From NCBI GenBank assembly GCA_029259545.1, contig JAPHEE010000002.1, forward strand, positions 5,601 to 69,600: DNA of 64,000 bases, given 5' to 3'. A program made the translations under genes and the position numbers. Source of the stretch: Candidatus Alkanophaga volatiphilum. Lineage in GTDB: Archaea > Halobacteriota > Syntropharchaeia > Alkanophagales > B39-G2. The notes beneath the pieces are model-generated. The model was not told the DNA's origin and searched no databases. It worked only from the letters and a program-made list of their open reading frames with translations. Below are positions 55,003 through 64,000 of this stretch, in pieces; position 1 is the first letter of the stretch, and every line of letters begins with the position of its first letter.

Positions 55003-55320
55003 ATGCTATACTCGTTAAAGAAGATGAGCCTTACTTGCAACACCCAACGTTTCAACAGAACCAGCGTGCCCGGCGACCTTGTCCTCGACCCGTTCGCCGG
55101 AACGGGAACGACGCTCGTCGTCGCAAAGCAGCTTAAGAGGAGGTTCGTCGGCATCGAGATCGACCCGGAATATGTGGAGTTGATAAAATGGCGGCTGAGC
55201 CGCCTGCGACCCGCCGACGACGTTTCACGCTACCTTCACTACTACCGTTTTACCCCTAACCTCCACGAAATATGGCCGACGGAAAAGGCGAGATTCGTGC
55301 AGCGGAGGTTGGACGTTTGA
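55003..55320 (+). pseudogene. C-terminal fragment of the split beta-class DNA methyltransferase (motif I)
   Basis: QRFNRTSVPGDLVLDPFAGTGTTLVVAKQL...GIEIDPEY. Homology begins at about 55045 and GC returns to the host level there. Confidence 0.75.
55036..55062. repeat. right arm of 27-bp imperfect inverted repeat
   Basis: TGCAACACCC-AACGT-TTCAACAGAACC. It overlaps codons QRFNRT of the methyltransferase fragment. Confidence 0.85.
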
Positions 55321-55345
55321 TGTTTGAGGACTCTTTGAGCTTTTC

Positions 55346-56278
55346 GTGAGCGCCGCAAAGCTCCTGAGGGAGGGGAAGCTCAGCCTGAACGATAGGTTGG
55401 AAAGAATTGTGCTGGTAGCGGTTAGGGACAAGCTGGCTTACGCCGACGACCGCCGGTGTGCGAGGGACGTGGGCTTCGACTTCTGGGAGCCTTTGAGGAG
55501 TCGAATGTCAGAGGAAAAGTTTGAAGCCACCTTGAGGGAGGCAGGAGTGACGAGACCCTATTCAGCGTCGAACCTTTTCCTGGATTTCCTGTTCCGAACG
55601 AAAGAACATGGCGGCAAGCCGAGCCGTGAGAGCGTGCTCGAACTCAAGGATTCAGCAGGCGGCAGCATCGCATCCTTCAACTCGATCGAAGTGGAAAAGC
55701 TTGGAGGAAATGGATGCGATAAACGGGGCGAGCCCGAGCTTGGTGTCACGGATCGCATCCCTGATGGATGGAATTCCGCTGAGCCACGGGGGTACCTGAA
55801 GTTCGAGCGCAGGTGCTTCTACCTCGTGCGGACGCATCGCAACAAGGCTAACGTCAAGCTCTCCATTGTGGACGGCTCCTTCTTCGAGACGGTCCCCAAG
55901 GAGCATCTGCTCTACCGGCTGTTCATGCAGGTGCTGCGAGCGCACATTGAGAGCAAGCGGGTGGAGATATCGAAAGAGGAGCTCGAAATCGTCGAAAGGA
56001 CCCTCAGGCACATCACCGATCAGAGAATCATCGCAGGCTCGAAAATCATAGAGGGCGCCTCGGTCAAGCCGCGGCTGCGGGTGATGGCGGAGGTGCATTC
56101 CGAAGGCAACCCGCACAGCCACCATTACGAAATCCCGGAGCGGAGCTTCAACCTCATCTTGGAAAAGACGAGGGAGGCGGAGCGGCTTGAAAGCTCTCTG
56201 GAAGGGCTCGACGTCGAAACCTTCACGATCCTCCATAAGAGGAACGGCGAGCACGTGGTGTTTTCGTTGCAGCTTTAA
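55346..56278 (+). CDS. hypothetical protein, possible partner (endonuclease?) of the resident split methyltransferase
   Basis: GC-rich 310-aa ORF starting 25 nt after the methyltransferase fragment. No motif recognised. Confidence 0.35.
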   Translation: MSAAKLLREGKLSLNDRLERIVLVAVRDKLAYADDRRCARDVGFDFWEPLRSRMSEEKFEATLREAGVTRPYSASNLFLDFLFRTKEHGGKPSRESVLELKDSAGGSIASFNSIEVEKLGGNGCDKRGEPELGVTDRIPDGWNSAEPRGYLKFERRCFYLVRTHRNKANVKLSIVDGSFFETVPKEHLLYRLFMQVLRAHIESKRVEISKEELEIVERTLRHITDQRIIAGSKIIEGASVKPRLRVMAEVHSEGNPHSHHYEIPERSFNLILEKTREAERLESSLEGLDVETFTILHKRNGEHVVFSLQL

Positions 56279-56300
56279 AGTCGCATTCTAAAAGACGTTC

Positions 56301-56708
56301 ATGCGGGGCAAAGTAGCCGTGATAATGGGGTCCAAGAGCGATGAGGGTGTTGCGAGGAAGGCGGTGGAAGTTCTTGAGAGGCATGGAGTCGCTTACGAGC
56401 TGAGGGTGCTTTCCGCGCACAGGAATCCCGAGGAGCTTGACGAGTACGTGAAGAAGAGCGATGCTGACATCTTCATAGCGATCGCGGGACTTTCGGCGGC
56501 GCTCCCCGGCGTCATCGCAGCGAAGACCGAAAAGCCGGTGATCGGCGTGCCGGTGAGCGCAAAACTCTTAGGGCTTGATGCCTTGCTTTCGATGGTACAA
56601 ATGCCGTCAGGCGTGCCCGTCGCCACCGTAGGCATCGATAACGGGGCGAACGCAGCGCACCTCGCGGTGCGAATTCTGAAATTAAAATGCGGCGACGAGG
56701 AGAGCTAG
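56301..56708 (+). CDS. purE: N5-carboxyaminoimidazole ribonucleotide mutase
   Basis: [21 protein letters not shown] and GVPVATV. Confidence 0.88.
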   Translation: MRGKVAVIMGSKSDEGVARKAVEVLERHGVAYELRVLSAHRNPEELDEYVKKSDADIFIAIAGLSAALPGVIAAKTEKPVIGVPVSAKLLGLDALLSMVQMPSGVPVATVGIDNGANAAHLAVRILKLKCGDEES

Positions 56709-57098
56709 CTGTCGTCCTCTCTCTACTTGCCGCAATCGCTTCACTGGACAAGATGCGAAGTTTGCATACGAGACGACACGTAATGGCTTCGGGACAAAGA
56801 AGCATTTTTATCATCCCGTTGCTTGCAAGACCCCATAAGCGTGGGGATACGCAAGGGGGAGGCGGGCGGGTAGTTAAATACTTTGAAGTTGTATGGTGTA
56901 ACGACCCCGTAATAGCCGTTAGGGCTGCCGTAAGGGCTGGTAGAAGTAGCCCGTGAGCCGTAAGGATAGTGGGTAGTGGCGGCGTGAGCCGGGGGATAAG
57001 GCTCGTAAAGAGCAAACTCCCCACGCAGCCCCTTGCGAAGCGAGGGGTAGTTCACGATACCAAGGTCTAGTCACCTTGGGCTGAGGAGAGGATAGACA

Positions 57099-57390
57099 TG
57101 ACGGATCTGAAAGAATATTGGGTCCTGCCGTTGGTAGTTATCCTAATAATCGTGGGCATCGTTTTGAATTTTGTTTATGGGAACATGTTCTCAGCAGGAC
57201 AATTCTCATCAAACTACTTTGCAGCGGTGATTTTTCCATAGGGATATTCGCGGCTGGCATCTTCGCTATAGGTCTGTTTTCAATCGAAATTTTTTCAATA
57301 GGCATATTTTCAATTGGTATTTTCTCCGTAGGCCTTTTCTCTGTAGGATTGTTTGTTATTGCAAAATACAAAGAAACGTTGAAGAAATAA
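57099..57390 (+). pseudogene. small membrane protein with G-[IL]-F-[SA]-[IV] pentapeptide repeats, apparent frameshift near 57235
   Basis: ATG 57099 encodes MTDLKEYWVLPLVVILIIVGIV...AAVIFP then a stop. Track ORF 57118..57390 continues in another frame with GIFAAGIFAIGLFSIEIFSIGIFSIGIFSVGLFSVGLFV. Confidence 0.4.
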
Positions 57391-57465
57391 ACGCTTACTA
57401 CGTTTGCTACGTAGACGGATAAAAATAGAGATCGCATCGTTTGTGCAGTACTTGCACCCGTTGGG

Positions 57466-58470
57466 CTACTTAAGTTTCAAAGTCTCAGCAATAGTCTGGT
57501 AGAATGGGCAGGAGCGGTAAAGCAAGCAACGCCGCCCGTGAAACGATGGCTCGTCGATATTATATTCCCTCTTAAGTGTACTCATGTTGTGTACGCACGA
57601 TTTCCCCTTAGGGGTCAGCTTGTCGAACCTCAAGGGCTTACATGCAATTTTACCGACGACCCACAAGCCGCCGTTCACTTCAAGGGGCGAGGCACCTGCC
57701 ACCGTCGAGAAATACGAAATCGAAAGCTTAATCGGCTCGTCTCCTGCCTCGTTCAGCAGTGTTGCCGCCTGCGAGGGCGTATATCCTGCCTTGAGTAAAT
57801 ATTCAAAAACGAGCCCAGTCCTGAGTGCAACTCTACGAACATGTACATCAATCGGCTGGAGCAGCGAGCACTCTTCTTGCGTGAGATTTGATGCTCGAAG
57901 ATGATAGAACAGGTCGCGGAGGAACATCGAAGCCGTCTTGTCGCCGACCCCCGGAATGCTTTTTAAGCTTTCAAGAATTCTTTCTAGGTGCGTGCCGCGT
58001 TCATACTCGCTCATTACGTAGTCCACGATGTTAAAGTCATATCTTTGCAATCCACTCGTGAATTCAATAGTTCCTACGACCATCCTCCGGTCCTCACTGT
58101 TATTTACGCCCGCCCTTTTCAATGCGGCATCTAAAGCTCGCAAGTCCAACTCGGGCTCGTCGCCGAGCATCTCGCGCAAAACCGTGATGGTCTTATCTAA
58201 AAATTTCCTGCTAACGACATCACTTCGCCCTCGGAAGAACACCCTGTGGAGGAAGAAGTTCAATGCATGCCACCAGTCGGAGCGGAGAGTCGAAAGATAT
58301 CCCCTTTTATTCGAGCCAGCTCTTAAGGCTTCATCCGTGATCCATTTTTCCTCTACGGCTCTGAAAATCGGCACATAGGCTTCAGAAACTATGCGAACGA
58401 CTATGATGCTGCTCTTTTCACGCCCGTCCGCCGTCTTAAGACTCATTCCCAATGACATTTTAACAGACAC
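57466..58470 (-). CDS. HhH-GPD superfamily (endonuclease III-like) DNA glycosylase family protein
   Basis: LKSIPGVGDKTASMFLRDL and PIDVHVRRVALRTGL hairpin-helix-hairpin signature. Cys residues near the C-terminus. Confidence 0.6.
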   Translation of the reverse strand: MSVKMSLGMSLKTADGREKSSIIVVRIVSEAYVPIFRAVEEKWITDEALRAGSNKRGYLSTLRSDWWHALNFFLHRVFFRGRSDVVSRKFLDKTITVLREMLGDEPELDLRALDAALKRAGVNNSEDRRMVVGTIEFTSGLQRYDFNIVDYVMSEYERGTHLERILESLKSIPGVGDKTASMFLRDLFYHLRASNLTQEECSLLQPIDVHVRRVALRTGLVFEYLLKAGYTPSQAATLLNEAGDEPIKLSISYFSTVAGASPLEVNGGLWVVGKIACKPLRFDKLTPKGKSCVHNMSTLKREYNIDEPSFHGRRCLLYRSCPFYQTIAETLKLK

Positions 58471-58485
58471 GCCTATATTCCAAGC

Positions 58486-60766
58486 GTGACTTCAAACTTT
58501 TTCAGCATCACTCTTCCGCCCGTAGAGAGCGAAGAACCCGCAAGGACGAAGCACATAATACTGAAAAGACCTCAAGCTTCGTGGGCGCAGTCGGTGTTTT
58601 CAGTGCCTTGCGGGCGTCATCTTGAAAAGCTCATGCCGAACAGGGATTATCCTTACGAGGGACTAAGCGTCATGCTCAGCGGCGAAAACCACCTCGACGG
58701 CGTCGCCATGGGCGTGAAGACCGAGCGTCGTAACTGCGTACGGTTGAAGCCGACGAAGGTCGTCGCATCCCCTTGGAAAGCCATTTATTTTTACGAGGGC
58801 GATGGAGGCGTACGAGCGTCCGCGGATTACTACCTGATGGCTCTTAGAGGCGAAGGCATCGCCGCCCGCCTGCTTTTCAGAACAAACGCTCCAGTCCTCG
58901 TGCTTGAGCCGTTTTTCGACATGAGACACATGTATGACGAATCCTCGCCGGAAGAGCACCGATTTTACGAGATAAGGGACGGCTGGCTCGCACGTAGCGG
59001 CGACAGGCTTGCATGCCTTCGTGTCCATGGTTACGGCGGCTCTAAGATAAAATGCGAATTAAGGAGCGCCCGTTACGAGATTCGCTGGCGCTATAAGCTC
59101 GGCTCCGGCTATCGGACGAGAACGGACGGCATCACCTTCATAAGCGAATACAAGACGCTCGTCTCGCCCGGCGAACTCAAAGTGCGTTTTTGCAGCAGCG
59201 CTGCCGAAACGCCGAAGAGTGACGTGGGAAACGCCTGCGTGCTCGTGCTGGCTTGCGGCGCCTCTGAACAGAGACTTAGAGAGCTGCATGAAACCGCTTT
59301 GAGCGAGCTGAAGAAGAACGAGGGGGCGGAGCTGAGATGGGCGGTCGAAGCGGAGAAAAGGCTTAACGTCGCTGAGCGTGCTGTCGTTCTCAGAGCGCTT
59401 GCGCTCGCAAAATTTGGCATGTTCAAGGGCTCGAAATTTTTCCAAGACGCTGGGGATTTCTGGTTTAGGACGGTCTGGCTGAGAGATCAGTTTGAAGCAT
59501 TGCTTTCAAATCTGGAAACGCTCTCACGCATCGGCTTCGCACCGCCCGCAGACCGCCTAGACGTGCTGAAAACCGTAAAACGCATAATTTTCGACGCTTT
59601 TGAACTTCAGGACGAGCACGGCAGACTTCCTAACAGATTCCCGGAGCGCCGCGACGCCCCACTCGAATACAACACAGCGGACGCCACACTACTTGCATTC
59701 CTCGTCGCCGGCAAGCTTTTTGATTTTATCAGAGAACCGATGGAGAAGAAGAACTTTGCACTCCGCATTTTACAGCGTGCGGAGCTTACTCTCGAGTGTT
59801 TTCGCAGCAACTCGCAAGAGGAAATCGATGGCGGCCCTGTGCTTTGCGAGAACGCCTTGCTTTCCGCAGTACCTTCGCATTCGTGGACCGACGGGCTACG
59901 AGAAATATGCGGAACGAAAATGCCGATACGCATGCCTGAAAACTGGGAGCTAGAGCTTATTTCGAAGCTCGGTGCGGAGAATGCCGTCAAAGAGGTGAAC
60001 AGACCAATATTCTTCTTGCCGGAAATAAATGCACAATGGACTTTAGGGCATTTTGAGAGATTCGCTGATTTTTTAGAGAGTTTTGGCTGCGATTCTGAGA
60101 GTCTTAATGACGAAACGGCGGCAGCGGAGCTGCGGCTGCGTGCGAGGCACTGGCGGGCGTTGCGTCTAAAGGCGTCGGACAGCTTCAAAAAGGTGCTCAG
60201 GTCCGAGCGATTCTTGTGCAACCTCGTGTCTGCGGGCGGCGTTTTGGGGTGGCGGGCTGACGAGACGCTTGGCTCGCCGGCAGTCGTCGCTCTCAGCCTG
60301 CTCTCTGACTTTTTTGACGATAGCGAGTTGCGGGCGTTCGTGGAAGTCGTGAAGGGCGAGCTGCTCGTGCGGCGTAAGGGTCTTTGTTTCGGCGTTCTCG
60401 TGCGGGCGTCGCCGAAGCGTTGTTACTACGGCGACGATGAATATCACGAAGCCATGGTTTGGCGAGGGACACGCCTTACTTAATTCGTTTGCTGTTGAAG
60501 GTTGGCGAGGAGGGGCTTGTGCGTGAGATTTTGCGCAGCAACCTCGAACACCAAAACGGAGAAGGCTTCGTTTTTTACAACGCCGAACTCTTCAGTCCCG
60601 ACAACTGCAAGCTCACGCCCGTCAAAAATCCGGTGCAGCTCTGGTCGCAGTGGACCGATCCATTCTTAGCCTTTAAGAATGTTGTTGCTGCTAATTCCTG
60701 CCTTTTGAAAGGGGGCGGGGCCCGCCCCGAACGCCTGTGGACACTGATGCCTCTGCCCCGGAGGCT
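58486..60766 (+). pseudogene. amylo-alpha-1,6-glucosidase / glycogen-debranching-enzyme-like protein, frameshifted near 60460
   Basis: WLRDQFEALL, PLEYNTADATLLAF and EYHEAMVW, then a frame change. Track ORF 60459..60860 continues with RDTPYLIRLLLKVG...QLWSQW. A single-nucleotide indel would explain it. Confidence 0.6.
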
Positions 60767-61034
60767 GAGAGAGCTACGGGGCAAGCACGGTGGACGAAGC
60801 AGGAACCTCCCCTTGCTGGATGCCTCTCACTTCATGAGGGGAGGAGGTCACAAGGCTTGAGGAAAATAATTTTGGGGAGGGTGACCTCCTCTAAAGTCAG
60901 GGGCTCCCACCGGGGGAGGTTGGGGGTGTGCCGGACGAACCGCCCCGTCGGGCGGGGTTACCGCAGTCCCTCCCGCCTCCCCTAATTCATCTTATGAATA
61001 AATTCATAAGCTTTCTTAGCCGACATTTTTGTAA
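60767..61034 (-). mobile_element. MITE-like element, family 1
   Basis: The reverse complement reads TTACAAAAATGTCGGCTAAGAAAGC...GATGAATTAGGGGAGGCGGGAGGGACTGCGGTAACCCCGCCCGACGG...GAGGAGGTCAC...GTAGCTCTCTC. It is collinear with the IS left end plus the tnpB 3' region. Confidence 0.65.
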
Positions 61035-61714
61035 TGACGTGCAAGATTCAATGGCTGGGGCATGCCGCCTTCAGGATAACGACAGCAAGCACAACTATTT
61101 TCATAGATCCGTGGCTTGAGGACAATCCGATGAGCGCTCTGCGTCTGGACGATGTTGAGCATGCCGATTTAATTCTCGTGACGCACGACCATTTCGACCA
61201 TGCGGCGGATGCTGTGAAGCTTGCGAAGAAGACCGGCGCTAAGCTCGTGGCACAGCCCGAGACCGTAGAGAGGATGCGGGGCGAGGGGTTGAAAGGCGAG
61301 CAGGCGGTCGCCATGAACATCGGCGGCACTTTCAGGCATGCTGACGTTGCCGTCACGATGACGCAGGCGTTCCACAGCTCAGCCACGGGAGCTCCCTGCG
61401 GCTTCGTTATAAAGACGGAGCATGGCACGATCTACCACGCCGGCGACACCGGGATCTTCGAGAGCATGCGGCTGCTCGCCGAGATTTACGGGATTGATGT
61501 CGCGCTCCTGCCCATAGGCGGGCACTACGTCATGGACCCGACGCAAGCGGCGTACGCCTTAAGGCTCTTACGCCCGAAGGTCGTAATACCAATGCATTAC
61601 AAGACGTTCCCGGTGCTCGTGCAGAGCGCCGACGACTTCGTCACGCTCGCGAAAGAGCACGCCCCTGAGACCAAAGTCGTCGTCCTGAACCCCGGCGACA
61701 CTTATGAGCTTTAA
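61034..61714 (+). CDS. MBL-fold metal-dependent hydrolase (UPF0173 type)
   Basis: [22 protein letters not shown] and YHAGDTG. Confidence 0.8.
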   Translation: MTCKIQWLGHAAFRITTASTTIFIDPWLEDNPMSALRLDDVEHADLILVTHDHFDHAADAVKLAKKTGAKLVAQPETVERMRGEGLKGEQAVAMNIGGTFRHADVAVTMTQAFHSSATGAPCGFVIKTEHGTIYHAGDTGIFESMRLLAEIYGIDVALLPIGGHYVMDPTQAAYALRLLRPKVVIPMHYKTFPVLVQSADDFVTLAKEHAPETKVVVLNPGDTYEL

Positions 61715-61716
61715 AG

Positions 61717-62037
61717 ATGGTAGCCAAGGCAGCAGACGGGAAGATAGTGATCTGGCCGGCATATTTGGACGCCACCAAGCCCAAGAGCCGGGGCAGAAAA
61801 ATTTCAAGAGCAAAAGCGGTGAAGTCGCCCAGGCTTTCAGAAATCGTGGAGGCGGCGAGAAAGCTCGGACTTAACCCAGTGGTCGAGGAGGAGAAAGCAT
61901 TCCCGAGCTCGTGGTGGGAGTTCAGTGGCAGGGTCCTCGTGGATAAGAAGGGCAGTAAGACGGAGTTACTACAGCGGATCGCCGAACTTATAAAAGAGGC
62001 AAGGGAGAAAAAAGCGAGAGCGAAGCAAAAAAAGTAG
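61717..62037 (+). CDS. srp19: signal recognition particle protein SRP19
   Basis: [20 protein letters not shown]...LGLNP and a Lys-rich tail. Confidence 0.85.
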   Translation: MVAKAADGKIVIWPAYLDATKPKSRGRKISRAKAVKSPRLSEIVEAARKLGLNPVVEEEKAFPSSWWEFSGRVLVDKKGSKTELLQRIAELIKEAREKKARAKQKK

Positions 62038-62040
62038 AAA

Positions 62041-62697
62041 ATGGTTTACGACTTTCACACCCACTCCATATTCAGCGACGGCGAGCTCATCCCGAGCGAG
62101 CTCGTACGTCGTGCGTTCGTGAACGGCTACGAAGCGGTTGCAATCACCGATCATGTAGATTTTTCGAATTTAGAGCCCGTGCTCTCGGCATTGCGGAGGT
62201 TTGCAGAGCACGCTCCTGAGAACGTCTTCATCGGCGTGGAAATTACCCACGTCCCTCCTGATAAAATCGAGAAAATAGTACTCGCCGCCAGGCGGCTCGG
62301 CGCCGAAATCATTGTGGTCCATGGGGAAACTTTGACGGAGCCTGTCTACGAGGGCACGAACGCCGTCGCCGTCAGGACGCCGGGGGTGGATATACTCGCG
62401 CATCCGGGGCTTCTGAGCCCTGAGGACGCTGAGCTTGCGGCAGAAAACGAAGTCTTCATAGAGATAACTTCAAGAAAGGGTCACTGCCTCACCAACGGGC
62501 ACGTCGCTCGTGTTTCCAGAGAAGCGGGTGCTAAGTTACTTTTGAACACGGATGCGCACGCTCCGGGCGATCTCATCAACGACGAGCTCGCTGCGAAGAT
62601 CGTAAGAGGCGCCGGGCTTGGCGAGCGCGATACCGTAAAAGTTCTCAGAGAAAATCCAAAAGTGCTTATCAAAAGGATAGCAGAAAAGAAAAAATGA
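62041..62697 (+). CDS. PHP-domain phosphoesterase (histidinol-phosphatase-like)
   Basis: YDFHTHSIFSDG, AITDH, HGE and NTDAH metal-ligand blocks. Confidence 0.7.
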   Translation: MVYDFHTHSIFSDGELIPSELVRRAFVNGYEAVAITDHVDFSNLEPVLSALRRFAEHAPENVFIGVEITHVPPDKIEKIVLAARRLGAEIIVVHGETLTEPVYEGTNAVAVRTPGVDILAHPGLLSPEDAELAAENEVFIEITSRKGHCLTNGHVARVSREAGAKLLLNTDAHAPGDLINDELAAKIVRGAGLGERDTVKVLRENPKVLIKRIAEKKK

Positions 62698-63107
62698 GAA
62701 TAAAGGGTAGGCGGATCTCGAAGGGCGTCGCCACGGGCGAGGCTCTCGTTACGAGCGAGCGCATTTCTTTTCTCGGCGGCTTGGACCCGAAAAGCGGCAT
62801 CGTGATCGACGAGGAGCACCCCCTTTACGGCGAATGCGTACGTGATAAGGTTCTCGTTTTTCCGGGTGGTAAGGGCTCTACCGTTGGCTCTTACGTGCTG
62901 TATCTAATGAAAAAGTACGGAACGGCGCCTGCAGCGATGGTGAATGTCAGAAGCGACGTGATCGTGGCGGTCGGCGCCATTATCGCCGAGATTCCGCTCG
63001 TGGACGCGCTCGAAAAGGACCCTTTCAAGGTTATAAGGAGTGGGCAAGTGGTGCTTGTTAACGGCACTGAGGGCTACATCGAGATAAAAGCATCAGAAAA
63101 GCTGTAA
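62694..63107 (+). CDS. aconitase X swivel-domain protein (DUF126; phosphomevalonate dehydratase small subunit-like)
   Basis: GEALVTSERISFLGGLDPKSG...VLVFPGGKGSTVGSYVL. Confidence 0.65.
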   Translation: MRIKGRRISKGVATGEALVTSERISFLGGLDPKSGIVIDEEHPLYGECVRDKVLVFPGGKGSTVGSYVLYLMKKYGTAPAAMVNVRSDVIVAVGAIIAEIPLVDALEKDPFKVIRSGQVVLVNGTEGYIEIKASEKL

Positions 63108-63701
63108 CGCTCCCAAGGCAATAAGAGTTATAAGTCCAGAGCGCAGCCCTGAGCCTAAGATGACAGCAAGCCAGACGCGTAACGGCGACATGCCGAGGAT
63201 GCGTCCGATGATGGAGCCTGTGATCGCCCCCGTCCCGTATATTGGAATCATGACGAAAAGCACAAGTCCCACGAACCCAAGCCTTCTCACCCATGTGTAC
63301 TTCCCCATAAACTCCCTCCCTCTCTCTTCGGTCCTGCGCAGAAGCCTGCCCACGCCCGGAATTTTTTCAGCATAGCTGATGTTCCACACGAGGAAGAGGG
63401 CAGTGGTTGCATCTATGAAAAGGATGAACGTGAATATGGAGGCGGGGTGCAGCCCCATGCTCAAGCCTGCAGGTATGCCTATTTCCATGCCGAGGGGGTT
63501 GAAGAAGTAGATGAAGAAAACCGCCGCGTATTTCACCTGCACTTCGGGCTCAACGAAGCTTTTTATGGTGAAGATGGCAGCTGCTGCGAGCAGAAATGGA
63601 ATTACAAGTTTCAGAAGCGGCAGAAGTTTGGAGTTCACGAGAATGGTCTTTGCATACAACTTCTCACAACACTTTCTCACTCTCTCTAACTCTAAGCCCA
63701 T
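63093..63701 (-). CDS. small polytopic membrane protein (putative small multidrug-export family)
   Basis: Hydrophobic helices throughout. Trimmed to MGLELERV because the track N-terminus overlaps rpoP. Confidence 0.45.
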   Translation of the reverse strand: MGLELERVRKCCEKLYAKTILVNSKLLPLLKLVIPFLLAAAAIFTIKSFVEPEVQVKYAAVFFIYFFNPLGMEIGIPAGLSMGLHPASIFTFILFIDATTALFLVWNISYAEKIPGVGRLLRRTEERGREFMGKYTWVRRLGFVGLVLFVMIPIYGTGAITGSIIGRILGMSPLRVWLAVILGSGLRSGLITLIALGALQLF

Positions 63702-63709
63702 GCCGACTA

Positions 63710-63847
63710 CTACTCCGCCTTTACTCTTTTTATGAATGTTGGTCTTTCCTTGACCAATATGCGGTAACCACAATATGGACACTTAACGCCCGGATACTCA
63801 TAGTTGACCTCCACCTTCCTACGACATCTCACACAGTAGTACACCAT
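63710..63847 (-). CDS. rpoP: DNA-directed RNA polymerase subunit P (Rpo12)
   Basis: 45-aa ORF, below the track cut-off: [45 protein letters not shown], with a CxxC...CxxC ribbon. Confidence 0.8.
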   Translation of the reverse strand: MVYYCVRCRRKVEVNYEYPGVKCPYCGYRILVKERPTFIKRVKAE

Positions 63848-63860
63848 GCCCATCCCCCTG

Positions 63861-64000
63861 CTACTGCGTCTTTTCCTCACCTTCGGGCGTCACGGCGACG
63901 CCCTCACCACCCTCAAAGAACCTCCGCACCACCCTTTTGGCGATCGTGCCTGCGGGCGTCTCCGGGACGTATGCGCCGCCGCTGAACACAAGCTCGCACT
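63861..64000 (-). CDS. rpl37ae: ribosomal protein eL43 (L37Ae), C-terminal part; N-terminus beyond window
   Basis: ...[31 protein letters not shown].... The usual archaeal rpl37ae-rpoP linkage is present. Confidence 0.7.
   Translation of the reverse strand, partial: CELVFSGGAYVPETPAGTIAKRVVRRFFEGGEGVAVTPEGEEKTQ

Noticed and set aside
56709-57060. Three mutually overlapping ORFs after purE, including a Tyr/Pro-rich 104-aa minus-strand ORF.
   Set aside because: There is no start context, no motif and no way to choose among the frames, so none was called.
57236-57360. 15-bp tandem periodicity considered as a CRISPR-like or non-coding satellite array.
   Set aside because: The units are contiguous without spacers, and the period is a multiple of three with a coherent hydrophobic pentapeptide translation. 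It is a coding repeat.
1-64000. Looked for tRNA (GGTTCRAATCC-type T-arms), rRNA and CRISPR repeat-spacer arrays.
   Set aside because: None were seen by eye. A tRNAscan/Infernal/CRISPR-finder run would be needed to exclude short or atypical ones.

Overview
Archaeal chromosomal segment. Archaeal markers present are TFB, aIF2-beta, SRP19, RpoP, eL43, A-type ATPase subunit I, an MJ0619/tetraether-synthase-type radical SAM enzyme and F420 ligase CofE. The DNA is visibly GC-rich with several sharply AT-rich islets. All functional calls rest on motifs I recognise by eye in the translated ORFs; no searches were run.

Main content:
- Two methyl/alkyl-coenzyme M reductase-like gene sets. One is a complete, divergent mcrBGA operon at 23.2-27.0 kb, next to a methanogenesis-marker-15-like ATPase. 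The other is an mcrB-mcrG pair at 5.1-7.4 kb that has no mcrA and carries a small SCP2-like gene in the mcrA position.
- CODH/ACS genes cdhABC, followed by a thiolase + DUF35 pair. A decayed enoyl-CoA hydratase is also present. Together these point to an Mcr/Acr-dependent methane- or alkane-metabolising archaeon.
- Housekeeping genes: aspartate kinase, RNase HII, PdxS, Prs, HisC, PurE, FeoAB, Thg1-like protein, Trm11/G10-type methyltransferase and CobY.
- Mobile DNA: one tnpB-only IS200/IS605-type element (frameshifted) and five short GC-rich MITE-like derivatives, mostly abutting gene boundaries.
- Two AT-rich defence islets: a single-gene GmrSD-like islet, and an R-M cassette that splits a resident DNA methyltransferase and is bounded by 27-bp inverted repeats.

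The observation I rate highest is a 22-nt insert in a TauE/SafE permease gene. It folds as a near-canonical bulge-helix-bulge motif, and its excision restores the reading frame exactly, so I predict a protein-coding archaeal intron.

I saw no rRNA, tRNA or CRISPR array.
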